Shown here: in pieces, positions 31,241-41,739 of the stretch
Numbering within the stretch: position 1 is the first letter of the stretch
Layout of the letters: the number at the start of each line of letters is the position of its first letter
NCBI GenBank assembly: GCA_965218585.1
Contig: CBDCLE010000017.1
Coordinates: 128,001-192,000, forward strand
Direction of reading: 5' to 3'
Origin: Terriglobia bacterium
Lineage (GTDB): Bacteria > Acidobacteriota > Terriglobia > 20CM-2-55-15
DNA length: 64,000 nucleotides
Notes under the pieces: model-generated
Databases searched by the model: none
Seen by the model: the letters and a program-made list of their open reading frames with translations, nothing else
Told to the model about the DNA's origin: nothing
Made by a program: the position numbers and the translations under genes

Positions 31241-31711
31241 ATGACACAGGAAATTAAGGGCCCCGTAGCCATCTTAGAAGTGTCCCCAGCTTCTCGAGTA
31301 GAGAACGCACCGGACGTTGACGACACCGAGAGTATGGTCGAAGAGGACCTCTCACAGCCCCGTCTGATTCCTCTGGAATCGTTTCCCTTCCGCATCGGAC
31401 GAGGAAACGAAAATCAAGCCTCGATCCAGGACAAAGGCATGTCCCGCCGCTCAATCGAAATTCGGAACGCGGACGGACAACTGGAACTGATCGATCTGGG
31501 CCAACACAGTGGGGTCCTCGTCAACGGGGAACCTCTTGACAGTCAGCAGACGCTTCAGTTCGACGACGTCATCACTTTCCCCAACGCCGACCTGAAGGTC
31601 ACTCTCAGGAAACCCCCGAGACAGACCCACCCGAAGCAACCGATAGCTGAATTACAGACTTACAGCGCTGCTTGGCGATCCACCATAGATCGGAATGCCC
31701 TTTCGCGGTGA
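31241..31711 (+). CDS. FHA domain protein
   Basis: FRIGRG..N...IQD.GMSR......LIDLG...GVLVNG......L...DVI pattern. Confidence 0.78.
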   Translation: MTQEIKGPVAILEVSPASRVENAPDVDDTESMVEEDLSQPRLIPLESFPFRIGRGNENQASIQDKGMSRRSIEIRNADGQLELIDLGQHSGVLVNGEPLDSQQTLQFDDVITFPNADLKVTLRKPPRQTHPKQPIAELQTYSAAWRSTIDRNALSR

Positions 31712-31779
31712 TCACATGCAGGCTATACTCGTTGGTCGGCCATGCGCCGCGAGCGTAGGGAGGAAAGGACAAGAGACGA

Positions 31780-33639
31780 ATGAGCGCTGATATCGGAAAA
31801 GGAAACGGGGCTTCTCCAACCGAACCCACAGACGTATTGAAAGACTCCGGCCAGACCAGTGGTTCGAATGGCGGAGGAAGCCAATCCGGAGACGGCAAGC
31901 TCATCGTTATCACCGCACCCCTCACCGAGGCTATCGATCATGCCGGTTATTTCATTCAGATGGCCATGGCATCCCTACCCATATGGCTGGAATGGATCCT
32001 GGACAAGAAGTATCCGGAATGGAGAAACGTCGAGTACAACACGGACGGTTCGGCCAAGTACATGCCCGCAGGCGTCGGTGTCCTCGAAAAATCTCTCTTG
32101 CGCAAGTTTTCAACCGACGACGTCGTAGCCTGCTATCCCGACGACCTGACGAAGTTCATCGGCTCCCGCACTCGAGTCGTAGCCGTGTCGACACACAACC
32201 CCCTGGGAGTAACCTTCGCAGCAGGGGTCTACACGTCCATATTCGGATCCTCGAAGATGCCCATCAACTCGCACTATACGCGGCTGATGTTCGACACGAT
32301 AAAATCCAGCGAATACCGGGGCAACTTCAAAGTAATCGTCGGCGGATCTGGCGGATGGCAGATCAAGCAGACGGACACCTACGATGAACTGGGCGTGGAC
32401 TGTGTCGTGGATGGACGCAGCGAATCGGTGGACTCGATGGCCTTGTTTCACAAAGCCATTCGAGGAGAGGACCTGGACCGCGAAATTACGGTCGAACACC
32501 CGCGAAGCCGAGAAGCTGTTTTGTTCCCGGACCGGAGAACCAGTTTCGGTGTGATTGAAATGACTACCGGCTGCGGAAGGCGCTGCAACTTCTGTGTGCC
32601 GGATTTGAATCCACAGCTCGACTTGCCGAAAGACAAGATCATGTCCGCAGTGCGAGCCAATATTGAGAACGGCAACGGTCAGATCTCCCTTGCGACGGAA
32701 GATATGTTTATCTGGGGCCAGGTTCAGACCGACACTCCGTTCTTCTTCCCGAACCGGGAGGCGTTGGTCGATCTCTACAAGGAATCCTCCAGCTATCCGG
32801 GCGTCAAAGAGTTTGGTCTGTCACACTCGACGATAGCCCCAGCCGTCGTAGATCCCGTACTGATCGAGCAGCTTTCGGACACAATCCTCGACAAGAGCCC
32901 CATCCATTTGCCAACAGTGAGCAAGCATCCGAAGAAGAAAGCGCTCACACCGCTGATCGGCCTGGAAACAGGGTCGGTCCGGCTGGCAAAGAAGATCATG
33001 CCGAGTAAGGGCGTCCCCTTCTCGATAGAAGACTGGCCCAGCGTGGTGGTCGAAGGTCTGCGCGTCATGAACCAGAACAACTGGTATCCAATGATGACGC
33101 TGATTATTGGCAATCCGGGTGAAACAGATGAGGACGTGAAGGCGACATTGGATCTGGTCTACGAGCTCGAGCGGCGGAATCTGTTCGCGTTTCTGGTTCC
33201 GTCCGTGTTCACACCGTTGCACGACACCCGTATGGCGCAGGAAAAGGGCGTCACAGAAACGCAGCAGCTGACCACACTGCAATGGCAGCTGATCATGAAG
33301 TGCTGGAAGAACAACCTCAGACCGGGCCAGTACAGCTGGTGGGGCCCGTCCGCGTGGCGGATCGGATCGTTCTTCATGTGGTTGACCAAGCTCCGCCGAA
33401 CCAACGGACCTAACTTCACGTGGCCCTTATTCATGTTTTCCAGCTTGATGCCTGAGGACTGGATGGAACGACTGGGCAAGATTTACGTCGGCAAGCCGAT
33501 GAAGCTCAAAACACGGAAAGAACTTCTGGAGTCCATTCGGCCGAACTACTGGAAATATCTTCGCGAAGACTGCGGCGATCTGCCTGAAGGCTGGCCGGGC
33601 CCGGAAGCCAAGCCATCTCAAGTTGAAGTACTCGCGTAG
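31780..33639 (+). CDS. Cobalamin-binding-type radical SAM protein
   Basis: CGRRCNFC (CxxxCxxC), upstream VIVGGSG B12-binding-like region, IGLETGS, IIGNPGET. Confidence 0.85.
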   Translation: MSADIGKGNGASPTEPTDVLKDSGQTSGSNGGGSQSGDGKLIVITAPLTEAIDHAGYFIQMAMASLPIWLEWILDKKYPEWRNVEYNTDGSAKYMPAGVGVLEKSLLRKFSTDDVVACYPDDLTKFIGSRTRVVAVSTHNPLGVTFAAGVYTSIFGSSKMPINSHYTRLMFDTIKSSEYRGNFKVIVGGSGGWQIKQTDTYDELGVDCVVDGRSESVDSMALFHKAIRGEDLDREITVEHPRSREAVLFPDRRTSFGVIEMTTGCGRRCNFCVPDLNPQLDLPKDKIMSAVRANIENGNGQISLATEDMFIWGQVQTDTPFFFPNREALVDLYKESSSYPGVKEFGLSHSTIAPAVVDPVLIEQLSDTILDKSPIHLPTVSKHPKKKALTPLIGLETGSVRLAKKIMPSKGVPFSIEDWPSVVVEGLRVMNQNNWYPMMTLIIGNPGETDEDVKATLDLVYELERRNLFAFLVPSVFTPLHDTRMAQEKGVTETQQLTTLQWQLIMKCWKNNLRPGQYSWWGPSAWRIGSFFMWLTKLRRTNGPNFTWPLFMFSSLMPEDWMERLGKIYVGKPMKLKTRKELLESIRPNYWKYLREDCGDLPEGWPGPEAKPSQVEVLA

Positions 33640-33652
33640 AAGGGCTCGGTAA

Positions 33653-33934
33653 CTACTCGCCGACTTCGATACCCTTCCAAAAGGCTACGTAGTTACGGAT
33701 GTTGTTGGCAGCTTCCTTCGTCTCAGGATAGTACCAGGCGGCATCTTTGTTCGATTCCCCGTTTACAACGACATCGTAGTAGTTCGCCTCACCCTTCCAC
33801 GGACATGTCGAGTGCATGCCGCTGTCCTGGAGATAGTCTCCCTGGATCGCGTCCGGTGGAAAGTAATGGTTACCTTCCACAACGATTGTCTCTTCGCTTT
33901 CAGCTATCACCGTTCCGTTCCAAGTTGCCTTCAT
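33653..33934 (-). CDS. DUF427 protein
   Basis: VEGNHYFPP, CPWKGEA.YY, AAWYYP, YVAFWKG. Confidence 0.92.
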   Translation of the reverse strand: MKATWNGTVIAESEETIVVEGNHYFPPDAIQGDYLQDSGMHSTCPWKGEANYYDVVVNGESNKDAAWYYPETKEAANNIRNYVAFWKGIEVGE

Positions 33935-34079
33935 TGAGCCTCCTTCGTATGAAGACTATCCTACTCGAATTGGCCGACAGATTTCTTGTAGTTTCCCACA
34001 CCCCTAAGAGGACATTTCCCAGCGCAGATTGCGGTCGATTGCGGCCCGTGCCTCCTGACGACTGCTACAATGAAAGTCC

Positions 34080-34835
34080 ATGCGGGGCACAATTACCATA
34101 TTCTTGGCCGTCTTCCTCGTTTCAGCGCCTGCCGGTGCAGCCCAGTCTGACGCACTCCTTGAACGGCTGGCTTTCCGCGGACTAGTAAACGATTTCGCCG
34201 GTGTTATCGGATCCGAAGCCGCTTCGATCGAAAATGTTCTCCGAGAGCTCGAACAGAAGACCGGGACTCAGGTCGCCATCGTGACGCTCAGTTCGCTCGA
34301 GGGAGGAGAAATCGACGATTTCGCCGTCCGACTTTTCGAAACCTGGGGGATCGGTCAATCCGGCGAAGACAATGGCGTTCTCCTTCTGGCAGCCATTGAG
34401 GATCGGGAAGTGAGGATTGAGGTCGGATACGGCCTGGAGCCGCTCATTCCCGACGCACTGGCGGGCCGGATTCTGGATGAAGCGGTTCTGCCGGCGTTCA
34501 GGCAGGAACAGTACGGAGCTGGAATGGCTGCGGGTGCGGCTACGCTGGCGCTCCTGGTTGCCAACAGCGCCGGTGTCGAGTTGACCGGAACCATTGCAGC
34601 TCCGGCTCCGGTCGCGCAGACCAGAAATCCTCTTGGAGGTTTGCTGCGCTTCATCGTCCTCCTTTTCTTATTGCCCTTCATCATCAGAAACCCGTGGCTT
34701 GCACTGATGCTGTTCTCCAGCGGCCGCATGGGAAGAGGGTTTGGCGGCGGTGGCTTCGGACGTGGAGGCGGCGGTGGGTTTGGAGGCTTCGGCGGCGGGA
34801 TGTCCGGTGGTGGTGGGGCGGGACGCTCATGGTAA
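34080..34835 (+). CDS. TPM domain protein (YgcG-like)
   Basis: VNDFAG, WGIG..GEDNGVLL, RIEVGYGLE, Gly-rich tail ending SGGGGAGRSW. Confidence 0.92.
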   Translation: MRGTITIFLAVFLVSAPAGAAQSDALLERLAFRGLVNDFAGVIGSEAASIENVLRELEQKTGTQVAIVTLSSLEGGEIDDFAVRLFETWGIGQSGEDNGVLLLAAIEDREVRIEVGYGLEPLIPDALAGRILDEAVLPAFRQEQYGAGMAAGAATLALLVANSAGVELTGTIAAPAPVAQTRNPLGGLLRFIVLLFLLPFIIRNPWLALMLFSSGRMGRGFGGGGFGRGGGGGFGGFGGGMSGGGGAGRSW

Positions 34836-34847
34836 GAGGAGAGCATT

Positions 34848-35555
34848 TTGAAACCTGAAGATCTGGTTCAGAAGCTCGAACAGGCGCTGGGATCGGGAGT
34901 GCGCTCCGTTGTCCTCTACGGCTCTGCGGCAGCCGGCGACCATGTGGGAAAGCGTTCCGACTACAACGTTCTCGTCGTTGCTGACACGCTGGGACTAAAG
35001 GAACTCCTCGCATTGTCGAAACCCTCCGCTGCGTGGCGAAAGGCTGGAAATCCGTCACCCCTGTTTTTCACAATGGAACGGCTTCAGAAATCAGCCGACG
35101 TCTTTCCGATAGAAATCCTCGACATCAAGGAATCCCATCGGGTCCTCTCCGGCGAAGACGTTCTGGATCAGATCGAAGTCCACACCGAGAACCTGAGGCT
35201 CATACTGGAGCACCAGCTGAAATCGAGCCTGATCCGCCTCAGAGAAGGGTTTCTCCTCACGGAGGGAAAGTCCAAACGTGTTCTCGAGCTGATGATCGAT
35301 TCGATATCGACGATTCTTGTCTTGTTTCGAGCCGCGTTACGCATTTACCAGGACGAGGTTCCGCCTCGCAAAATGGACGCACTCAGCGCGTTGGCCTCGC
35401 ATTTAAGATTCGATGAATCGGTATTCGTGACCATTGAAGATCTCAAGGAAGGCCTCGGTGGTGGAAAGGAAATCAATACCCTGGATTTGTTTGACACCTA
35501 TCTGACCACCATCGAATCGGTTGTCGATATGGTCGACCAACATACGCGCCAGTGA
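34848..35555 (+). CDS. Nucleotidyltransferase-fold protein
   Basis: VVLYGSAAAGD.....SDYNVLVV, DVFPIE.LDI. Confidence 0.8.
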   Translation: MKPEDLVQKLEQALGSGVRSVVLYGSAAAGDHVGKRSDYNVLVVADTLGLKELLALSKPSAAWRKAGNPSPLFFTMERLQKSADVFPIEILDIKESHRVLSGEDVLDQIEVHTENLRLILEHQLKSSLIRLREGFLLTEGKSKRVLELMIDSISTILVLFRAALRIYQDEVPPRKMDALSALASHLRFDESVFVTIEDLKEGLGGGKEINTLDLFDTYLTTIESVVDMVDQHTRQ

Positions 35556-35591
35556 GGTATTCTATTTAGACTGTCTTGTATCGGAGGATCT

Positions 35592-36158
35592 ATGTCCACA
35601 AAAGGCTGGATTGTCATCGGTGCTCTTGTCCTTGCTGTCCTGATCGTTGGCGGAAGCTACGTCGGCACATACAACGAACTTGTCGGGTTGGACCAGCAGG
35701 CTGAAAGTTCATGGGCCCAGGTTGAAACCGTACTTCAGAGGCGCTACGACCTGATACCCAACCTGGTAAACACGGTACAGGGCTTTGCCGATCAGGAACA
35801 GGAAGTTCTCACCGAGGTAACCAGGCTCCGCAGCCAGTGGGGAGAAGCCGGCACTGCGAACCAGCAAGCAGCCGTCGCCGGACAACTCGAAGGCGCCCTG
35901 GGCCGCCTCATGGTTGTCATGGAAAGCTACCCGGAACTCCGATCCAATCAGAACTTCCTGGCACTTCAAGACGAGCTTTCCGGTACGGAAAATAGAATTG
36001 CCGTCGAACGCCGCCGCTACAACGAATCAATCCAGAGTTACAACACCAGGGTGCGACAGTTCCCCACCAACATCATCGCTAACATGACGGGCTTCGATCA
36101 GCGCGAATTCTTCGATGCTGTAGGCGCGGCGGATACCGCGCCCGTCGTCACTTTCTGA
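35592..36158 (+). CDS. lemA: LemA family protein
   Basis: QRRYDLIPNLV, ESYPELRSN, ELSGTENRIAVERRRYN. Confidence 0.93.
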   Translation: MSTKGWIVIGALVLAVLIVGGSYVGTYNELVGLDQQAESSWAQVETVLQRRYDLIPNLVNTVQGFADQEQEVLTEVTRLRSQWGEAGTANQQAAVAGQLEGALGRLMVVMESYPELRSNQNFLALQDELSGTENRIAVERRRYNESIQSYNTRVRQFPTNIIANMTGFDQREFFDAVGAADTAPVVTF

Positions 36159-36243
36159 TCCGAATCTATCCCTGAAAATAACTGGAGAACCGGAGAGAGC
36201 CGTTCAGACGCCAGCCAGGCAAGGCGTGCCGAGCGAAGGCGAC

Positions 36244-37608
36244 GAGGTCGTTCCAATCGGTGTGTAAAAAGAGAAGGCGGTGTACGCTTTCGGTGAATCC
36301 GAAACCCTAAGCAATCCCGGCAGCAATCGGGAGAAAGGTACACCACCCATGAAGAAGAAGAACATACCGGCATCAGTGGCGTCAACGAACGCGTATGAAG
36401 GTTTGGAGGACTGGGCGCGATCCCGGGTCCAAGTCTGGCTACAGGAGCTGCTCGAGGACGAAGTCACTCAATTTCTGGGTCGGGAAAAGTTGGAGCGGAG
36501 TCCGAATCGACGAGGATACCGGAACGGTCACGGGAAACCGCGACGCTTCGCAATGATGAACGGTACGATGGAGGTTCGACGACCTCGGGTTCGAAACACC
36601 GCCGAGCGGTTCGAGAGTCAGATCCTGCCGTATTTTCGACGGAAATCGAAACAGCTGGGCGAGCTACTTCCCGATCTCTACCTCCACGGTCTGGCCACAG
36701 GGGACTTCGAGCAGGCCATGCGCGGACTGCTTGGCGCTGGCGCTCCGTTGTCGCGAGCATCGATCCAACGACTGAAATCGACCTGGCAGTTGGAGTATGA
36801 CGAGTGGGTCCAGCAGGACCTGTCCGGCCTCGAGGTCGTGTACCAGTGGGCAGACGGCTTGTACGTGAAAGCGGGGATCGCGAAAGAGCGAGCGGCATTG
36901 CTGGTGATCATCGGAGCCTTGTCAGACAGGCGCAAAGTGCTGTTGGCCTGTGAGAGCGGGCAGCGGGAAAGCAAGGAGTCCTGGAGCCGCATTCTGCGCA
37001 ATCTCCAGAGACGGGGCCTGAAGCTGGGACGGCTGACTGTCGCGGACGGTCACCTGGGCATCTGGTCCGCGCTGGCCGAGCAACAGCCCCAGGGCCAGGA
37101 ACAACGCTGCTGGAACCACAAGTCGATCAACGTGGTCGATCATCTGCCGAAGACCGAGCAGCCCGCGGCCAGACAGCTGCTTCATGGGATGGCCTTCGCG
37201 AACTCCCGCGCGGCCTGCGAACGAAAGCGGGATCAGTTCGTCCGCCGATATGAGAAGAACTATCCCAAAGCGGGTGAGACGCTGTTGCGGGACTGGGACC
37301 GGATGATTACTTTCTATGAGTTCCCGAAACAACACTGGGTGCATCTGAGAACGACCAACATCGTCGAATCGCCCTTCGACATGGTTCGTCTCCGCACCAA
37401 CGCCGCTCGCCGATTCAAGCGTGTCGAGAATGCAACGGCAATAATCTGGAAGCTACTACGTGTCGCTGAGAAGGCTTGGCGACACTTAAAAGGATCCGAA
37501 CTCTTACAAGAGGTCTATGATGGTCAGCAATTCGCTGACGGCATCAGAGTCGTGATGAAATCGAAGGCCGCCGCCTGATGACTTTTACACACCTTTTGTA
37601 ATGACCTC
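36244..37608 (+). mobile_element. IS256-family element type A, copy 3 (1365 bp), no TSD
   Basis: Both IRs present; flanks aaggcgac / aaccctcc do not match. Confidence 0.95.
36349..37578 (+). CDS. IS256-family transposase (type A), intact
   Basis: Nearly identical to 370-1599. Confidence 0.95.
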   Translation: MKKKNIPASVASTNAYEGLEDWARSRVQVWLQELLEDEVTQFLGREKLERSPNRRGYRNGHGKPRRFAMMNGTMEVRRPRVRNTAERFESQILPYFRRKSKQLGELLPDLYLHGLATGDFEQAMRGLLGAGAPLSRASIQRLKSTWQLEYDEWVQQDLSGLEVVYQWADGLYVKAGIAKERAALLVIIGALSDRRKVLLACESGQRESKESWSRILRNLQRRGLKLGRLTVADGHLGIWSALAEQQPQGQEQRCWNHKSINVVDHLPKTEQPAARQLLHGMAFANSRAACERKRDQFVRRYEKNYPKAGETLLRDWDRMITFYEFPKQHWVHLRTTNIVESPFDMVRLRTNAARRFKRVENATAIIWKLLRVAEKAWRHLKGSELLQEVYDGQQFADGIRVVMKSKAAA

Positions 37609-37741
37609 AACCCTCCTTATTCCATGTGTTCTTTCTTTAGACGTTCGAAAGAGGGATTTGGATCACTCATTCAGAACGAACATGCAGTCGGCCGAGCGTT
37701 CAGAACTTTAACTCGGAAAAAGGCTTGAGGGCTGACGTCCA

Positions 37742-39552
37742 TCATTCTTCGGAAGGATTTTCCAGATTCTGGATCTTTTCGTTGAGGTGTCGTTTTTCGT
37801 CTTCCCACACAGCTGTCTTCGTCCTGAATTCTTCTTCCAATTGACGACGAAGACGATTGAGCTCTTCTACTGTGGGATCGCTGGACCGCTTGAAGGCCAT
37901 CTCTCGCGCCTGCTTGATATTCGATTCCAGCTCCTTTACCTGTTTTTCAAGTCGGCCCCGCTCCAGGTTCCATTCTTCCACGGCCCCTCGATGCCGTCTC
38001 TCCAGGCGTGAAGCGTCACGATCCGCCTCCTCCCGTTTGGTCTCATGCTCCGCCCGAGATTCAGCAATGGCCTGCGTGCGGGCGGCTTCTTCTGCGGCAG
38101 GGATCGCTTCTTCAAGATGTTTGATTCGCGAAGCGGCCGACTGTTTTTCTCCCGCTAGCTCTTCGGTCAACGTCCTCACTTCCTGTTCGAGCTGGGAACG
38201 GGTCCGCGTCGCCTGCTCCATCTTCTGGTCATAATTGTGACGGAGTTCGTTATGGACCTCTTTGCGGAGCTCGTCGGCAACGCGAGCCGCCTCTTTCTCC
38301 ATGAGTTCGATACGCGAGATAAGCTCGTCGCGCTCACGTTCCAACTTTTCGCTGACGGCCTTGAGGTCTTCTCCGCCCTGACCGGGCTCTCTGCCTTCCT
38401 GTTTGGCCTTTAGCCGCTCCATCATCATGCGGCGTGCTTCGGCCATGGGATCCTGGGGACCTGCGCTCTTTGCCTTGTCAACCTGTTCGGCTAGCCGCTT
38501 CCGCTCGGCATCCCATTGTGCCTGCCACTCCTTTTTAGCTTCTGCCAATCGCGTCTGGACTTGCTCTCTGACCAGGTTGGCTGTCCGGGCGGGGTTGTTT
38601 GCCTGCTCCATGGATTCGACAAGGCGATTTTCAAGACTGGCGATCTGGGCCTTATATCCGGCGCGCTCGGCTTCAAAGCGCTCCTGGGAATTCTTCAGGT
38701 TCTCTTCAAGCTGTGATCTCGCCTTCTCTACAGCTTCGATCTTGAAGTCCGACTGCTTCTGAAGTTCGTCGCCCACCTGTTGACGGGCCGATTCCATGGC
38801 ACTCTGCGCGCCTTCTTCCAGTCGCTCGATCTCCTCGTGGTGTCGCCTCCGCTCATCTCCCCATTCTGCGCGTGTTCGATCGAAGTCTTCTTCCATCTTC
38901 GACTTTGAGTCTTCGAGTTCCTTGAACTGCTTGTCGAAACGCGTCTCAAGATCGTTTATGAGCTGTTGGGTGGCATCCGGTGACCATCCTACGGCGTAAA
39001 CGTCGATGGGTTCGTCCTTGCCTTTCATCTGGGCACGGCCCAGTTTGCCCACCTGATAACCCGCGGTATGGACGGCCGACAGCAAACTGTCGGTTATCAG
39101 GATCTGATCGGGTTGCGCCTGACCCTGAACCCGGGCAGCTGCATTGACTACATCACCAAAGACATCGTTTTCCATAGTCAATCCCAGACCCGTATGGACA
39201 CCAATTTTGACGTGGACCTCTTCGGAATCTTCACGCCCTTCGTTGTCCTCAACCAGGACGGTCTGCATCCTACGGCTGCCGTCACCGCATCGACAGGATC
39301 GTTGAACAGAGCCATGATTGCGTCACCAATAGTCTTGATGATCCGCCCATGGTTGTTTTCCACACACGGGAACAGCAGCTTATTGTGACGTTCGACCATC
39401 GCAAGGCCTTTGACGTCACCATTCCGTTCAAAGTAGGCCGTCGAATCTTTGATGTCGCTGAAGAGAATCGTCATGGGCGTTCGATGCCGCTCTTCTACGA
39501 CCGGGGCCTCGGCCTGTGTCTTTAGGATCTCTTCGATGCGTTCTTCTTCCAT
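37742..39552 (-). CDS. Class III adenylate/guanylate cyclase with long C-terminal coiled coil (apparent one-base deletion near 39270)
   Basis: TILFSDIKDST, KTIGDAIMA, KIGVHTG, DVFGDVVNAAARV, KGK, followed by ~400 aa of E/K/R-rich helix. Confidence 0.85.
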
Positions 39553-39646
39553 GCGAACCAACCAGCGCGTTTAAGTCAGAAAGGGGGCAATTATAGCAAG
39601 AGGGCGCCCCCGAGCAACACGTCTCGCACTTCCGGCTTCGGGAGCG

Positions 39647-40708
39647 TCAGGCCAGCCCCGGCGTCTCTCCAGCAGGCACCTGATCGATGTCCGGCTCTTT
39701 GGGGCTGATCCTTATACAGGCCGCCATATGACCTGGTTCGATCTCGGTAAGGATTGGGGTGTTGCTGGCGCAAGCTGGAACTGCATACGAACACCGCGTA
39801 TGGAACCGGCAGCCTGACGGTGGGTTGATGGGAGAGGGAACGTCCCCATCCAGGACGATTCTCTGACGTCGCCCTTCAGCAACCGGGTCGGGAATCGGCA
39901 CGGCCGATATGAGCGCCCGCGTATAAGGCATCAATGGATTACGGTAAAGTTCCGCGCTCTGACCCAGCTCGACCAGTTTCCCGAGATACATGACGGCTAC
40001 GCGATCTGCAGTGTGACGGATGGCGCGGAGATCGTGAGAAATAAACAGATAGGTCAGATTCCTCTCCGTCTGGAGTTTCTCGATCAAGTTGATGATCTGC
40101 GCCTGGATTGACACATCCAATGCGGATATCGGTTCGTCGGCCACGATGAAGTCCGGTTCCGGAGCCAACGCGCGGGCGATACCGATCCGCTGCTGCTGTC
40201 CACCAGAGAATTCATGCGGGTAGCGCTTGATGTATCGAGGACTCAGCCCAACCGTTTCCATGATGTCCCGGACACGTTCTTCTCTTTCTTTGAAACTCGA
40301 GATCCCGAAGTTCTCCATGGGTTCGGAGATAATCTGGCCGACAGTCATCCTCGGGTTGAGCGACGCATAAGGGTCCTGAAAAATCATCTGCAAACACCGC
40401 CTGTGGCCGCGCATCTGGGTAGCAGAAAGGCTTGCCAGATTGACGTCTTTGAACCGGACCTCTCCTTCGGTAATATCCGTCAACCGCAAGAGGGCCCTTC
40501 CGAGCGTGGATTTCCCGCAACCGGACTCTCCAACCAACCCCAGCGTCTCTCCCTCTTCGATATCGAGAGAAACGCCGTCCACTGCCCGGACGACCTGGTG
40601 TCCGCCGTTGCCCATCCCCGGCAACTGGCTCCACCAGCCGCCGCCTCCCAGATCGAAATGCACTTTGAGATCACGGATTGACAGCAAGCTCCCTTGGGCC
40701 TCAGTCAT
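39647..40708 (-). CDS. oppF: Oligopeptide ABC transporter ATP-binding protein
   Basis: [38 protein letters not shown]. Confidence 0.9.
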   Translation of the reverse strand: MTEAQGSLLSIRDLKVHFDLGGGGWWSQLPGMGNGGHQVVRAVDGVSLDIEEGETLGLVGESGCGKSTLGRALLRLTDITEGEVRFKDVNLASLSATQMRGHRRCLQMIFQDPYASLNPRMTVGQIISEPMENFGISSFKEREERVRDIMETVGLSPRYIKRYPHEFSGGQQQRIGIARALAPEPDFIVADEPISALDVSIQAQIINLIEKLQTERNLTYLFISHDLRAIRHTADRVAVMYLGKLVELGQSAELYRNPLMPYTRALISAVPIPDPVAEGRRQRIVLDGDVPSPINPPSGCRFHTRCSYAVPACASNTPILTEIEPGHMAACIRISPKEPDIDQVPAGETPGLA

Positions 40709-41732
40709 TGCTCACCTCGGAATAAACCTCCTCTGCTACATGACAGAGAGAGCGGTGGTTCGGAGCGATCTCGACAAAGGGTGGAAACTCGGCGCGGCAC
40801 TGCTCCGTTGCCCGATCGCAACGTGGCGCAAAGGGGCATCCCGAAGGCAGACGGGAGAGGTGGGGAGGCAATCCGGGTATCTGATACAGTTCGCCGGGTT
40901 CGGCAGAAGCTCCAGGCACTGAACGCAGGAGTCCACGGGTGTATGGGTTGGCCGATCTGCGAAACAATGCCTCGGTCCCAGCGCGTTCGAAGATCCTTCC
41001 CGCGTACATCACGACGACTTCGTCCGCCATACCGGCAACGACTCCAAGGTCGTGGGTCACCAGTATGACGCTGGTTCCCATCTCTTTTTTCATCTGCCGA
41101 ATCAGATCCAGGATCTGAGCCTGAATCGTAACGTCCAGCGCCGTCGTCGGTTCGTCGGCGATCAGGAGTTCCGGGTCACAGGACAACGCCATCGCGATCA
41201 TCACCCTCTGCCGCATCCCTCCCGAAAACTCGTGAGGGTAACTGCGGGCCCGCGACCGGGCATCCGGAATGCCGACCAGATCCAGCATCTTGACTGCATG
41301 CCGAAAGGCCTCGGCTTTCCCATACCCACGATGGAGGCGTGTCATCTCCATCAGCTGGTTGGAAACGCGCATGAAGGGATTAAGGGATGTCATCGGGTCC
41401 TGGAAGATCATTGCGATCCGGTCGCCGCGCATGTGCCTCATCTGTTCGGCATCCAGGGACAGCAAGTTCTGACCATCGAACTCAATCTCACCGCCCACGA
41501 CGCGTCCGGGCGGTTCTGGAACCAGGCCCATGATCGAAAGATTGGTCACTGATTTTCCGGAGCCCGATTCCCCGACAATGCCCAGCGTCTTGCCTCGCCC
41601 GAGTTCGAAATCGATACCATCAACGGCCTTTTCGGTGCCTTCGTCGGTATCAAAATAGGTTCGAAGATCCCGAACCGACAACAACGGCGGAGATCGATCC
41701 AGACCGGGTTCTTCTGCCAGAGGCCGTGTCAT
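40701..41732 (-). CDS. oppD: Oligopeptide ABC transporter ATP-binding protein
   Basis: [35 protein letters not shown]. Confidence 0.9.
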   Translation of the reverse strand: MTRPLAEEPGLDRSPPLLSVRDLRTYFDTDEGTEKAVDGIDFELGRGKTLGIVGESGSGKSVTNLSIMGLVPEPPGRVVGGEIEFDGQNLLSLDAEQMRHMRGDRIAMIFQDPMTSLNPFMRVSNQLMEMTRLHRGYGKAEAFRHAVKMLDLVGIPDARSRARSYPHEFSGGMRQRVMIAMALSCDPELLIADEPTTALDVTIQAQILDLIRQMKKEMGTSVILVTHDLGVVAGMADEVVVMYAGRIFERAGTEALFRRSANPYTRGLLRSVPGASAEPGELYQIPGLPPHLSRLPSGCPFAPRCDRATEQCRAEFPPFVEIAPNHRSLCHVAEEVYSEVSND

Positions 41733-41739
41733 AGCATCT

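Noticed and set aside
29843-37608. Composite transposon formed by inverted IS256 copies 2 and 3 around FHA-rSAM-TPM-LemA
   Set aside because: Copy 2 has its own TSD on both sides and the outer flanks do not match, so the insertions are independent.
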